Source of the DNA: Octopus sinensis
Lineage: Eukaryota
Length of the DNA: 64,000 nucleotides
Reading direction: 5' to 3'
Assembly: GCF_006345805.1 (NCBI RefSeq)
Contig: NC_042997.1
Location: 131,254,001 to 131,318,000 of the forward strand
Shown here: in pieces, positions 10,305 through 22,160 of the stretch
Numbering within the stretch: position 1 is the stretch's first letter
Layout: the number at the start of each line of letters is the position of its first letter
Made by a program: the position numbers and the translations under genes
The notes under the pieces: model-generated
Told to the model about the DNA's origin: nothing
Database searches by the model: none
Seen by the model: the letters and a program-made list of their open reading frames with translations, nothing else

Positions 10305-11282
10305 AACCACCTAATAAACACAAAGAAGAAGAAGAAGATGAAGAAGAAACAACAAAAGCTATAAAACAAATGAAATCCAAACTAAAAATAGAACAGCAAC
10401 GAGCCATGATAAAACGATGGCAAGAAAAACCCCTTCATTGTAAATACTGCACTAAACTAAACGCAAAAGAAATAGACAAAGAAAAATCCCAGCAATGGTT
10501 GAGAAGCTCAGGACTCAAAGCAGAAACAGAGGGATTTTTAATTGCAGCACAAGACCAAAGCCTCCCCACCAGAAATTACCAAAAACATGTAATGAAAAGA
10601 AATATTACAAGTAACTGCAGAATATGTGGAGATGGACAAGAAACAATAAATCATATTATCTCTAGCTGCCCAGTCCTGGCTAAGAAGGAATATATTCACA
10701 GACATGACAGAGTTGGAACCTACATACATTGGAAGCTATGCCAACATTATGGAATAACAACAGAAAAAAGATGGTATAGGCACACACCAGAAAAGGTCAC
10801 AGAAAACGAGAAAGCAACCATACTCTGGGATATGCCGATACACACAGATAGAGAAATTAAGGCCAACAGACCAGATATAGTTGTCAGAGATAATGAAGAA
10901 AAAAAATGCTTTCTAATTGATGTATCAATACCGGCAGATGACAACGTGTCTCTAAAAGAAATGGAGAAACTCTCAAAATACAAAGACCTGGAAATAGAGA
11001 TAACTAGAATGTGGAACCTGAAAACAGAAACAATTCCTATCATAGTAGGTGCATTAGGCATGATAAAAAAATATTCAGACAAATACATAACAAAAACACC
11101 AGGACTTACAAACACATATAACATACAGAAAATTGCACTACTAGGCACTGCACACATCCTATGCAGAACACTTTCCTTACAATAACCATCAGAGCATCAC
11201 AACAAATCACAGCACATACCCAAGGCACACAGAGCTGCGCTCGGTAGTGAAGTGAAAGCACGCTATAAAAATAAAACTACTG
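10305..11282 (+). mobile_element. 5'-truncated R4/Dong-clade non-LTR retrotransposon in a (TAA)n array
   Basis: Flanked by (AAT)n on both sides (10254-10304, 11283-11305); encodes a CCHC knuckle and restriction-like endonuclease. Confidence 0.9.
10370..11185 (+). CDS. C-terminal part of an RLE-type retrotransposon ORF (zinc knuckle plus PD-(D/E)xK endonuclease)
   Basis: CRICGDGQETINHIISSCP, RHDRV, NRPDIVV..LIDVSIP..EKLSKYKDL..IVGALG; 271 codons without a stop; RT absent because of truncation. Confidence 0.9.
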   Translation: MKSKLKIEQQRAMIKRWQEKPLHCKYCTKLNAKEIDKEKSQQWLRSSGLKAETEGFLIAAQDQSLPTRNYQKHVMKRNITSNCRICGDGQETINHIISSCPVLAKKEYIHRHDRVGTYIHWKLCQHYGITTEKRWYRHTPEKVTENEKATILWDMPIHTDREIKANRPDIVVRDNEEKKCFLIDVSIPADDNVSLKEMEKLSKYKDLEIEITRMWNLKTETIPIIVGALGMIKKYSDKYITKTPGLTNTYNIQKIALLGTAHILCRTLSLQ

Positions 11283-11305
11283 AATAATAATAATAATAAT
11301 AATAA

Positions 11306-11846
11306 ATGGCTCTCGTGGCTTCTGATCTTAACTGATTGGAAGTGTTATCATGTACATTGTTTTGTCTTGGTATAAAAGATGGGCTACAGCAAATATTCTG
11401 CTCAATACCACAGATTTGCTTGTCAGTTGTTTGACCTTAACCAGTTGAGCACTTCTTAGTGGCTGATATGTACATCTCTAATCTAAGCAGAAGTAGTTGG
11501 GGAGCATCATAGCCATGTGTTGAGAGGGATTCTTTGGGGTTTGAATAATTCACCTCTAGAAACATGGTTGTTTCGTTCAACATCCTTAAACAACCCTTAT
11601 TCAGGGACCGTTTGAGCGGGATGGGTTACTCGACCAGAAGAAAATTCTAACTGGGCCCCACTTGCAAAGTCATGTGCTATTTATCTTCATATGAGATCCC
11701 TATGTCGCCTACATATGGTTGTGATGCATGTGCCTTGTGTACCCTTATCAGACGGGTAGTCATGATGGGTATACTGGGCTTCGTATATTTTACCCCAGTG
11801 TCACTTTGATGGCACGCACTGCTCGCTCACTCAATAATAATAATAA
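11306..11846 (+). mobile_element. Non-coding interspersed repeat ending in (AAT)n
   Basis: Starts immediately after the Dong (AAT)n tail and ends ..GCACTGCTCGCTCACTC(AAT)n; family assignment is from recall only. Confidence 0.5.
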
Positions 11847-12327
11847 CATACGTCTTATATGCCTTCAAATAGGGTAAATGTAAAAATAAGGATTACATAA
11901 CATTACCATGCCCCACCACACACACACACGCACACACACACACACACACGTATAAAAGAAACATTCTTCGCACTGTGAAATGCCTTTGAATCATAGAACC
12001 AAGATACGTCTTTAATGAGCACAGTCCGTTTCACTTCACTTATGTTACTAATGACTTTGACAAAGGCATAACTCACCATTTCTCATTTCCTCAGCGTTAT
12101 TCAAATGGAGGACTTTACCTTTCGTTATCTATCTATCTATCTAACATTAATTGCGACAAAAGCACTGTTAATAGCAAAAGGTAATCTTTATATACAATTT
12201 AACATGAATGTTGTGCTTACTGCGTTATTTACCTTGAGAGGAACTCTCATATGAACGCATGATGCATAAAAGCACTCATATTCATATCGTTGGCAGACGA
12301 GAATCGTCCGCTACGAGTACCGAAACA

Positions 12328-12370
12328 GCCAGTTCACATGATTTCGCCCCGCTTCGGACTCTTCAGTGGC
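12328..12370 (-). ncRNA. Degenerate type I hammerhead ribozyme motif
   Basis: Minus strand: GCCA-CTGAAGA-GTCC(GAAGCG)GGGC-GAAA-TCATGTGA-A-C-TGGC; stems I and II pair, but U16.1 is A. Confidence 0.6.
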
Positions 12371-12382
12371 AGATGTCCAGTA

Positions 12383-12451
<69 letters not shown>

Positions 12452-12793
12452 GTCGACTGCCATGCACTGGGATCGATTTTGTGGGTTTATTACAATTCTT
12501 TGCAAATTTACAAATCTCTGCTAATTGTTTTTACAGATAAATGATTATACTTACATCGTATTTGATGGCCTAAAGGATGCACAGGCATGATGGATGCACC
12601 CCAATTTCAATGACGCATATAAAAAGCGTTGGAAACAAAATTAATTTATGGGAGGCCAGAATTTACATATAGGACCCGGGGTGATTTGATTGAGACATAA
12701 TTTGGGGAAAATAAGCGCGTCCTGTATGCTATCAGATGTGGTAATTAAATAATAAAACCGAAAAAATAAATTTGTTTTTAGGGTGTTAATATA

Positions 12794-13175
12794 GGTGCAG
12801 GAGTGGCTGTGTAGTAAGTAGCTTGCTTACCAACCACATAGTTCCAGGTTCAGTCCCACTGCGTGGTACCTTGGGCAAGTGTCTTCTACTGTAGCCTCGG
12901 GCCGACCAAAGCTTTGTGAGTGGATTTGGTAGACGGAAACTGAAAGAAACCCATCGTATATATGTATGTATATGTTTGTGTGTCTGTGTTTGTCCTCCCG
13001 ACATCACTTAACAACCGATGCTGGTGTGTTTGCGTCTCCGTAACTTATTCTATCGGCAAAAGAGACCGATAGAATAAGTATTAGGCTTCCAAAGAATAAG
13101 TCCTGGGGTCGATTTGCTCGACTAAAGGCGGTGCTCCAGCATGGCCGCAGTCAAATTACGGAAACAAATATAAGA
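12794..13175 (+). mobile_element. Main SINE family A copy
   Basis: Full-length family A pattern. Confidence 0.9.
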
Positions 13176-13195
13176 AAAAAAATATGTAGGAAGAG

Positions 13196-13412
13196 GAAGG
13201 CAGGGAGCCGGCAGAATCGTTATGACGCCGGGTAAAATGCTTAACGGCATTTCGCCCGCCTTTATGTTCTGAGTTCAAATTCCTCCGAGGTCGACTTTAC
13301 TTTCCATCCTTTCGGGGTCGATAAAACGAGTACCAGGTGAGCAGTGGGGTCAATGTAAACGATTTACCCACTTCTCCGAATCTGCTGGCCTTATGCCAAA
13401 ATTCCAAATCAA
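13196..13412 (+). mobile_element. SINE family B copy
   Basis: GAGTTCAAATTCC, CATCCTTTCGGGGTCGATAAA, tail GCTGGCCTTATGCCAAAATT. Confidence 0.85.
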
Positions 13413-14844
13413 TATATGTAGGAAAAGGAAAATTGAAACGCATGATGTCCATGATTTTGCTTGCAGCATGCTTATTAGCTTATGGCGATTCGCAATGTGT
13501 TGCTTTGACTGCGAGACGGGACATGTGAATGTTTGGCTGGAGATGCTATGTGTAACTCTACGTGTTGAATGTTCTCCCTTTTTCTCTTTTCTTCCTTTTC
13601 TTAGTAGGGCCGTGTGAGTTACTCTTCTACATGTCCCAAAAGGGAGACATGTGTAATAGCGAGCCGTGAGTAACGAGGTTGTCCACCCTTAAAGGAGAGA
13701 TGTTGCTACTCTTCTAAGTGGTCTTTCTGTTGCTCTTTGAATAGTTTGTTTCGTCCACACCAACCAGACATTGACCACAGAGTAGCTAGCAGGCTATAGA
13801 GAATATTAAGGGGGAGAACCGAGTTAGTCAGGTAGACTAAACGCTCAAGCTATCTCAGTTGATGTCTGTATAGTGTAGATTCAATATTCTTGATAGAATT
13901 CAACATATTTCTGCTTATGTATTCTTATCTTCCCAAGTGGTGTTATGGACCTTCTGAAAATGCTAGATTATAGTGGCTCTCAAATGTTGATGTGTCTTAC
14001 AGTATGTGGTTTATGTTTATCCAAGCCTATGGGTACACAGGTTATCTGAAAGAACTTTGGTGTAGATACTGAGATGGTTGTTTAGAAAGGTCTCTTTCCA
14101 TAACTTCTAAAGGATACAGTGATATGTTTACTCCGTCCACTGTTCATGATATTGCTCAAATATCTGTATCGGGAGGTTGTAGCTCGTTTTTGCTCTTGTA
14201 CTGGGAATTAAAATACATAGGGAACTCTTCGCGAACATAACAAAGCAAATCAATGCTCTGCAACGTAGTTGTTAGGACATTTTATTGTATTACGAAATTG
14301 TCTGAGAGCCAAATAGTTAATCTCTGATTTTTCACATTTTCAGAGTAAATAGAATAAAACATGAACCTATCCATTCTCAATACATTCCAGCAGATTTTAA
14401 CGCGAATATCTAATCGCTGTTGTTTATCGCCAATGGAAGATACCTTCCTTTGGGTAATACGTGTTTATAACACACGTGATTCACAGTTCGTTTGTCTAAG
14501 GGGACTTCATGACACCGCAATGTTTGTATCTCGCTGTATGTGTAATGAGTGGAAGCTAACCAACCTCAACAGTGAACCTCACGAGAGTACCAGTTCTTGT
14601 TTATAAAAATCAGCAAACAAATCATTGCTTATGTATGCACATGGATTACCTATTATTTACCACACACACGAACCCACGTGATTTATTGAACTGGTATACA
14701 TTGTTCGATTATCTTTTTTTTTTTGTTATACGTACGTTTATACTTTGTTGTCTAATTTCTCGTGAAATAGAAGTGTCGCTATCCTTAAAAGGCTGGAAAG
14801 TACTGCGATAGAGATTCACATTTATCTACTCCTAAGTGAATGTT

Positions 14845-15001
14845 AGGAGTGGCTGTGTGGTAAGTAGCTTGCTTACCAACCACAGGGTTCCGGGTTCAGT
14901 CCCACAGCGTGGCACCTTGGGCAAGTGTCTTCTATTATAGCCTCGGACCGATCAAAGCCTCGTGAGTGGATTTGGTTGACGGAAACTGAAAGGAACCCGT
15001 C

Positions 15002-15088
<87 letters not shown>

Positions 15089-15310
15089 TGTATATGTTTG
15101 TGTGTCTGTATTTGTCCCTCCCCCAACATCGCTTGATAACCGATGTTGGTGTGTTTACGTCCCTGTAACTTAGCGGTTCGGCAAAAGAGACCGATAGAAT
15201 AAGTACTAGGCTTACAAAGAATAAGTCCTGGGATCGATTTGCTCGACTAAAGGCGGTGCTCCAGCATGGTCGCAGTCAAATGACTGAAACAAGCAAAAGA
15301 GTAAAAGAGT
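14845..15310 (+). mobile_element. Main SINE family A copy with long internal (TA)n(TG)n
   Basis: Full-length family A pattern. Confidence 0.9.
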
Positions 15311-16969
15311 ATGCTTAATATAGCATGCCAATTAAAATATACCTTTAGTGATAAGAACACTAATTTTCTAAATTACTAATTCTGATCAAAAGGCAAGGAA
15401 GACAGCCACGGAATTTATATTAATGGAAATTATTTAAACAGAATGCAGTAGATGTGTGCCTAATCTTTGGCAGTACAGTGACGACTGTTGACATGTTCCG
15501 TTATTACTAGACCTCATCATCTAGTTATACTTTAAATGTTACTGCCCTATTTCAGAATGACTAATGAGAATATAGGGTTTCAGTGAATGAACCTATAATG
15601 GAGTAATAACTTACAAAAAATAATCAGCTACTCCTGATGCATGGAAAACAAATAGTCGTGTGGACACTGACATAGTTAATGCAGTGGTTCAGAACATTCT
15701 AATTAATGAAATAATTGTCCAGAGATATCATCACGCTACCAAAGATGAAACTCACTTGTTGCGTTTCATTTTCGAGCGATTTAAACTTCAGGGTTGTCTC
15801 CCCTACTGCTCTTCACCATTAGAGGATTTACTTATTACTACAAGAATAATATTACTTAACTAGAATTGCTTGGCTTCTTATGTTAGCTCCTACTTAACTG
15901 TTTGCTTTTCATGCAGCAGGCGTCTCTACCAGTTATTGTGTTTACTGAAGGCAATTCGTTTATCACGTCTCTTACTAACAGGAACGACATGAATTCATGT
16001 AATTTGGTTTTACTCTGCTGGGAATAGACTATGATCTGTCCTCTTCCCACGCGTGTTCACACAAACTCGCATGCGCGCTCTCATACACACACACACATAC
16101 ACAGAGAGATTTGTATATAGATCCAAACCTGCAGTAGAGATTTTTCTTAGCGGGATGCGAAAAAGGTTTATCGTTTAGATGTTAAATCTCTATTTACCAC
16201 GTATACGTGTGTGTGTGTGTGTGTGCACGAAAAAATACACATAGAATGACATGCGTGCCTGACAACAGTTACACACATACATCTGTAAGAGCATATTTAT
16301 GTACATATATGCTTACACACGTGTCTAATGGGATACTTGTCGAGATCGCTTTACTCTCCTTTCGATTCACTGATAGTGAATCTTGGCTAGTTTTCCCATT
16401 GTTCTTACTACCAACCTTATTAACTTCCATCTACTTTCACCTCCATCTTTTCTGGAGACAGAAAACTTGCTTTAGAAAGTTCTGTTTAACCTCTCCGACT
16501 TCTGTCTCCTTAAATCATCTGCTTAATTCTCCAATATAAGTAGAGACAGTTCATTTCATCAGATGGTGCCCTAATTTTGCGATTGACACACCATCGGGGA
16601 AAATCCTGTTTGATCTTGACAATTTGGGCCAAGAGGCATACTGCTACCACCATCATCAAAACGCAAACAGGATGAACAAGGCCTTCCTCGTCACTACCAT
16701 CGCCACTTCATCATGCAGAGACAAGATTCTTGTCACTATCTTCGTCACACACGACCGCAGCAATATCTGTGACAACTACTGCTATGCCTTGCTAACCTGT
16801 CTGTTGCAACATACGCATTTGTGACGGAAGAAAATAATTTGTTACACAATATTATGAAATGTCGGAGTCAGCAGTTGTAACGATAAAAATTTGTTGTTAG
16901 GACGACATGTTGTAAGATGTGAAAGATGAACAATGCATGAAATTTTAAGGAAATATCTATTTACCGTTA

Positions 16970-17546
16970 TGTTACTATACCTTGCTTCGACGGGCAGGTC
17001 ATGATAAATCTAAAAGCATGCGCAAGAAAGTTAGATGCGTAGAATGTTTCTTTGCGTAGTTTGACGTATACGAATACTTAGTAGTAATCCGCAGATAGCG
17101 GTAGAATGTTGTAAGAGAACAGAATTAGAGCTATAGAGAATTGTAAGGTGTTGTCTTACAGTTGCTGACAGAGTAGTGACGATTTCCTACAACAGTAAAC
17201 TTCATTTCTCTCTCTGACCAAAGTTCTAGCTGGTCAGACAGACTTCGTTCTCATTGAGTCGTCACCATGTGACTGGACTTGTTGAGTCGTCACCAACTGT
17301 GACTGACTGACTTTTACTTGGGGGTGTGCTTGCTTTTATAACTGTCTAGAAGGATAGATATATCATTGAGAACAATAGATTTAGTTGGTGGTCTTGTTAT
17401 CTCTATTCTAGCTTTTGGTGAAGTAGAAGAGGTTAGAAAGGGTCAAGTGGTGAAGACATTTCAGCCTAGCTAAAGGCATCTGGAAAATGTAAAACTGCTG
17501 TCAGAGAAAAACCACTGTTCCATCGTGGGAAAAGTTCTGTTGCAGT
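16970..17546 (-). mobile_element. Possible solo LTR
   Basis: TGTTAC at the left end, TATAAAAG on the minus strand, internal GAGTCGTCACCA repeat, GTTA on both flanks; the other end is not a clean TG..CA. Confidence 0.3.
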
Positions 17547-17719
17547 GTTAATTTAAATTTGACTATGGTCGATCGAATCCACTTCATGCATGCAAGATCC
17601 ACTACACATTCTTTCATATACCTATTGGCAAATACTTTCACAACGAATGCATGTGTACATATGCTAATTTAATATCTATACACGAATCAGTAGGGATTGA
17701 ATAATTAATATTTGTAAAC

Positions 17720-17877
17720 GTTGTCTTTACGTTCCAAGTTCAAACTTTGCCGATCTCAACTTTGTCTTTCATCCTTTCGGGGTCGATAAAATAAGTACCA
17801 GTTGAGTACTGGGGTCGACGTAAGCGATTTATCCCTTTCCCCGAACTTGCTGGCTTTGTGCCAAAATTTGAAACCAG
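17720..17877 (+). mobile_element. 5'-truncated SINE family B copy
   Basis: Family B body and tail; 11-bp TSD TATTTGTAAAC (17709-17719 / 17878-17888). Confidence 0.85.
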
Positions 17878-18401
17878 TATTTGTAAACATTCTGTTATAA
17901 ATTACATTTTATATATCAATACGCCTATATGTTATTTGCCGACCTTTTAATATTCAACTTACCATTACATAGCGTTTACATTTGATAGCAAAGTTAATAT
18001 CTAAAAATCAAATGAAAAACTTTGATTTTATGAAATTTGCTGGTCTTGCGTCAAAATTTGAACCAAGACGATGGAGTGGACCATTGACAGGTTTTGAACT
18101 GTTGTCCGTTTGGAATGAGGATATGAAAAAAAGAGAATAGAAGAAATAATACAGATTGTAATCGTATATTTGCATAATGCTACCTGCTTTCGGTAACATC
18201 ACATATGCTAATTTAATATCACCTGTACACGAATCAGTAGAGATTGAATAATTAATATTTGTAAACGTGTTCTCTTTACGTTCTAAGTTCAAACCACGAA
18301 GGAAAAAAAAGAGAATTCACGAGATCAGGATTTTTTTGGTAGGGAGAAAAAGAAATAGATTTAAACAAGGAAGCTTCAACTGAGAAAGCTTTTCTGAGTT
18401 C

Positions 18402-19115
18402 ACTTTGTGCAATGGGGAGCTGTGTTACCGAGGCGCCCTACCAGTTCGGGATAAGCTCACTAGACACGGTTATCCTGGCTCATCGGCCTGTCCAAGATGC
18501 GGACGGGACGAGGAAACTGTCCTGCACGCTATTGTTCAGTGTCCGGGTGTGTCAGAAGTGAGGGCTTATGCAGAACACCTGTTGTCAGATGTGAGGAGAG
18601 TACAGCTATCGTCGGAGTCAATTTTAAAAACTGACCCACCGGATTTCCGTACGGAAGACGGTAAGAATTATTTTCTGGTGGTTGTAGCAATCGCGAAAGA
18701 GGTGATTTGGAAGTCGAGAGTGAAAAGACTAAAGACAGGTAGCTTCGTCTCCGGCCTCGCGTTGGTTAATGTCTTCACCTTTTACCTGAAAAGGAAAGTG
18801 GGGCTAGAGAGGAGATGCCTGTCAGCGAGAATGTACAAAGATAGATGGATACGTGTACCACGAATGTTGGGTATGAAAGCCTCTACGCGAACACGCAATA
18901 AAGGTGACCAGAAGGTGTCGGTAGAGAAGCAGGGCTCGTGGGATCGGAGCCTGTTTTAATACCTCACTTCTGTTTTTATTGTTTTGTAATTGTCTTTTGT
19001 TTATCATTCGATTTTCATATTTGCTCATTTAATTTTATAACCATCCGTATGTGTCTGACCCCAATTAGGCTGTATTGTCCCCTCTGTATGTCCCCTTGTG
19101 AGAAATAAAGAAATC
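18402..19115 (+). mobile_element. 5'-truncated L1/Tx1-clade LINE
   Basis: ORF 18405-18959 has zf-RVT (LPVRDKL..CPRCG..ETVLHAIVQCP..AKEVIWKSR); 15-bp TSD with 1 mismatch AGCTTTT(C/A)TGAGTTC (18387-18401 / 19116-19130). Confidence 0.9.
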
Positions 19116-19952
19116 AGCTTTTATGAGTTCGAAAATGCAAGAACTAGCAAATTATCGAAAACTTTAAGTAGTATTTTTTTATATTATCTTTTTATTCTTT
19201 GAAATTTTGTTATTAAATATAATTCTTTTTTGTTTTTGTTTCATTTTAGTTATTAATTTATTTTACTTCTTGAAGAAGGTAGACGGTTTCTTTTATAATC
19301 TAATTTACTAATTTTTTTCTAGTTAGAATAAGACAGACAATCTTATTTGCAGCTCGGAGTTACAATTTTAATAGGGAGATGAAATTCTACAAAGGACAGT
19401 AAGAATATTTAACAACGAACCTCACAAATTTGTTCCTTGTCTTTGAAGAGCGACGTTTATATGAAAATATATTTATGAGGTCTTAAGAGTCGTTCATGTC
19501 AACAAAACCAACTTTCTTTAAAATAATATTTGTGTTTTCCATCTGTTGGTCACACTATGCCTGCACTCTCCATTTATTGCAGTGAAGCATGTCGTGTTGT
19601 CTCCGCTCCCTCTACATTTCCACCGCGATTTCTCCAGCTGCCCCTTTCATCTTTTTGTTTGGGTTTCGGTTTTTGAACACACTTTAAATCATCACTTTCT
19701 TTCTCGTCCTTTTTCTTCACTTTCCATTTGTTCCCCTCCAGTTACACTTACGTAGCTAATTCCCTTAACTAAAAGTCAGATCCTTCTTTATAAACTTCAC
19801 TGTGTTTTAACCATAAATTACTGGGACGTTCCAAGTAATCAGAAATTATCTTGTTCGCTCAAAAGTTTAACTTTTCAGACGTTTGTTTGTAAGCATCGTA
19901 GACTGTTTTTTGTTCCCCTCCAATAAAATAACCATATAATAATTATTACAAT

Positions 19953-20256
19953 AACTAGCAGGTCCCGTGAATATTTCACGGAATTAATGGTAAACTTATT
20001 GGGCTATTTCTGAAAACTTTTATCCAAAACGCCTGAAAGCGTAGCCTATGGTGTGTCTGTATCAAAAGATAGTCGCTTACTTGCTAATCATTGAAAAGTG
20101 CAGGAAATTGGAATACGACCTTCTGCACAATTTTATAGACTTAATTCACAGCTCTCTCTCTCTTTCTCTCACTCTTCTCCTTTCCCTTCAACTAATCACG
20201 TGGAAGCGTAACGGACGGGCTGAGTAACGGAGAAACATGCAGAATTATTAAAAGAT
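19953..20256 (+). mobile_element. Helentron-associated non-autonomous element (HINE/DINE-like)
   Basis: AACTAG start with hairpin CCGTGAA-TAT-TTCACGG, internal microsatellite, ..ATTATTAAAAGAT end. Confidence 0.55.
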
Positions 20257-20430
20257 GGTTTCAAATTTCGGAGGAGGGAGTAAGTCGATTACATTGACCT
20301 CAGTACTCAACTGATGTATATTTTATAGACAACGAAAAGATGAAAGGCAAAGTCGACCTCGGTGGACTTTGAACTGTGAGCGTAAAAAAGGACGAAATGC
20401 CGCTAAGCATTTTGCCAGTTCGCCGCTTTA
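20257..20430 (-). mobile_element. SINE family B copy (degenerate)
   Basis: Reverse complement of family B head and body. Confidence 0.75.
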
Positions 20431-20485
20431 ATAATAATTATAATGAAAAAAGGGGGAAAGGGGTAATTCCGCCACCTGCTGTTAA

Positions 20486-20649
20486 TAGTTTTCCAGTTTT
20501 GACTTTCTTCAAAATATTTTGCAGACTTGTTTTAAGTATCTGAGATTATATCTATATAATATATATATATATATATACATACACAATGCGTAAGATTTCA
20601 AGACGAATCTGAAAAAAATTGCCGAAAGAAAGTCAAAATTGGAAGACTA
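20486..20649. repeat. Short inverted-repeat element around (TA)n
   Basis: TAGTTTTCCAGTTTTGACTTTCTTC.. versus ..GAAAGAAAGTCAAAATTGGAAGACTA. Confidence 0.55.
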
Positions 20650-20993
20650 CGGAAAAGGATGAGGCAACAAACTCCCCTTCACCCTCACTTGCTGAGGCAA
20701 AATAATTTACAATGCTTAAACCACACACATCCGGAGAAAATATGGATTTTTGCGCAGTAGATAATTTCCGGCTCTATTCTGTTGGAACACGATAGTTCTT
20801 CATGAATAGAAAATATACGCCCTTATTTCAATTTCGAGTCGTCGTTGCATTGATGTTGCTAATACTCCTTGAAGAGAGTTCAACATTACAACTTCTCATG
20901 CCAGCTTTCCCAAAGTAGCGAATTTTACTGCATAATTTTTACCGACTTAGAACACCAGTAGTTTTTAGATTTTAGAAAACTATTATAGTGATA

Positions 20994-21288
20994 GCGTGTC
21001 AGGAGTGGCTGTGTGATAAGTAGCGTGCTTACCAACCACATGGGTCCGGGTTCAGTCCCACTGCGTGACACCTTGGACAAGTGTCTTCTACTATAGCCTC
21101 GGGCCGACCAAAGCCTTGTGAGTGGATTTGGTAGACGGAAACTGAAAGAAGCCCGTCGTATATATTATAATGTGTGTGTTGAAGCCCGTCGTATATATGT
21201 ATATGTGTGTGTTTGTGTATCTGTGTTTATCCCCCCAACATTGCTTGACAACCGATGCTGTTGTTTTTGCGTCCCCGTAACTTAGTGG
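20994..21288 (+). mobile_element. Main SINE family A, 3'-truncated, with internal GAAGCCCGTCGTATAT duplication
   Basis: Family A head and body; the motif occurs twice (21148, 21181). Confidence 0.85.
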
Positions 21289-21606
21289 TAAAGAGAGAAA
21301 CAGTATGGAGGTCTTTTTTTTTTTTTTTTAATGTTGAAAAATGCAAGATTATGCATTATTGAAATGGTAACTTTAAGTACAGTATGAATGGAAAATATCT
21401 ACAGACTATGAAAAAGATTTAGGAATAGACATGTTAGAAATAGCAGCCAAATTCACTCAATTGAAACTTAACCGATAAAAAAATAAACAAAGAAGGAAAT
21501 AGACATTGTTGTTCTAGATATGCCAAAGGATGAGACGGTATTGTCTGGACCACTTTTCATCAAAGATCTTTCAACCACATCCAATGTGTGTGTATGTATA
21601 TATGTA

Positions 21607-21800
21607 TATGTGACCTCGTGTGTACCGTTGGCGATTTTTTTTCCTCTGTCTTCCCTTCTCTGGATCTTTCCTTCTATGTTTCCGACGAAGAGCTCCGCTC
21701 GAAACATTAAACCCTCCTTTCCTGGGCGTCCAATAATATTAAATTTGTTCCACGTCCTCGTGTTGTTGTGTTTTTTTGTGCTTTCTTGTTTGGATTAACT
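21607..21800 (+). mobile_element. Penelope-associated repeat with degenerate hammerhead
   Basis: GTTT-CCGACGA-A-GAGC(TCC)GCTC-GAAA-CATT-AAAC at 21678-21712; 3' part shared with 4716-4795; followed by (TA)n. Confidence 0.6.
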
Positions 21801-21807
21801 TTATATT

Positions 21808-21840
<33 letters not shown>

Positions 21841-21850
21841 TACACACACA

Positions 21851-22132
21851 TAGTGGCGAACTGGGTCTAAAAACATTGGTTGCCAGGAGACTAAGGGGGC
21901 CCACACGCAGCTACAATGCTATATTTTAATTTTTTTTTGTTAAAAGTATTCTTTTTAACTATCTACAAACACAGGCTGAAATAATTAATGCATTTTTCCA
22001 GGAGTGAATAAAAAATTCTCAAACTTGAGGAGATGGGCCCCTTAGATATTAACATGGGCCCTATTATATGGATTCTAATGGCACAGGGCCCACTTGCTAT
22101 CAGGAAAGCTGGCAACCTGGCCAGTCCGCCTG
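21851..22132. mobile_element. hAT-like MITE
   Basis: TAGTGGCGAACTGG..CCAGTCCGCCTG imperfect TIRs, internal GGGCCC repeats. Confidence 0.5.
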
Positions 22133-22160
22133 TGTGTGTGTGTGTGTGTATATATATATA

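Noticed and set aside
13498-14242. Solo LTR (TGTT..AACA)
   Set aside because: No TSD found for either possible left end and no second copy; left unassigned.
15622-15863. 80-codon open frame (VDTDIVNAVVQNILINE..)
   Set aside because: Weak acceptor, no good donor and no recognisable motif.
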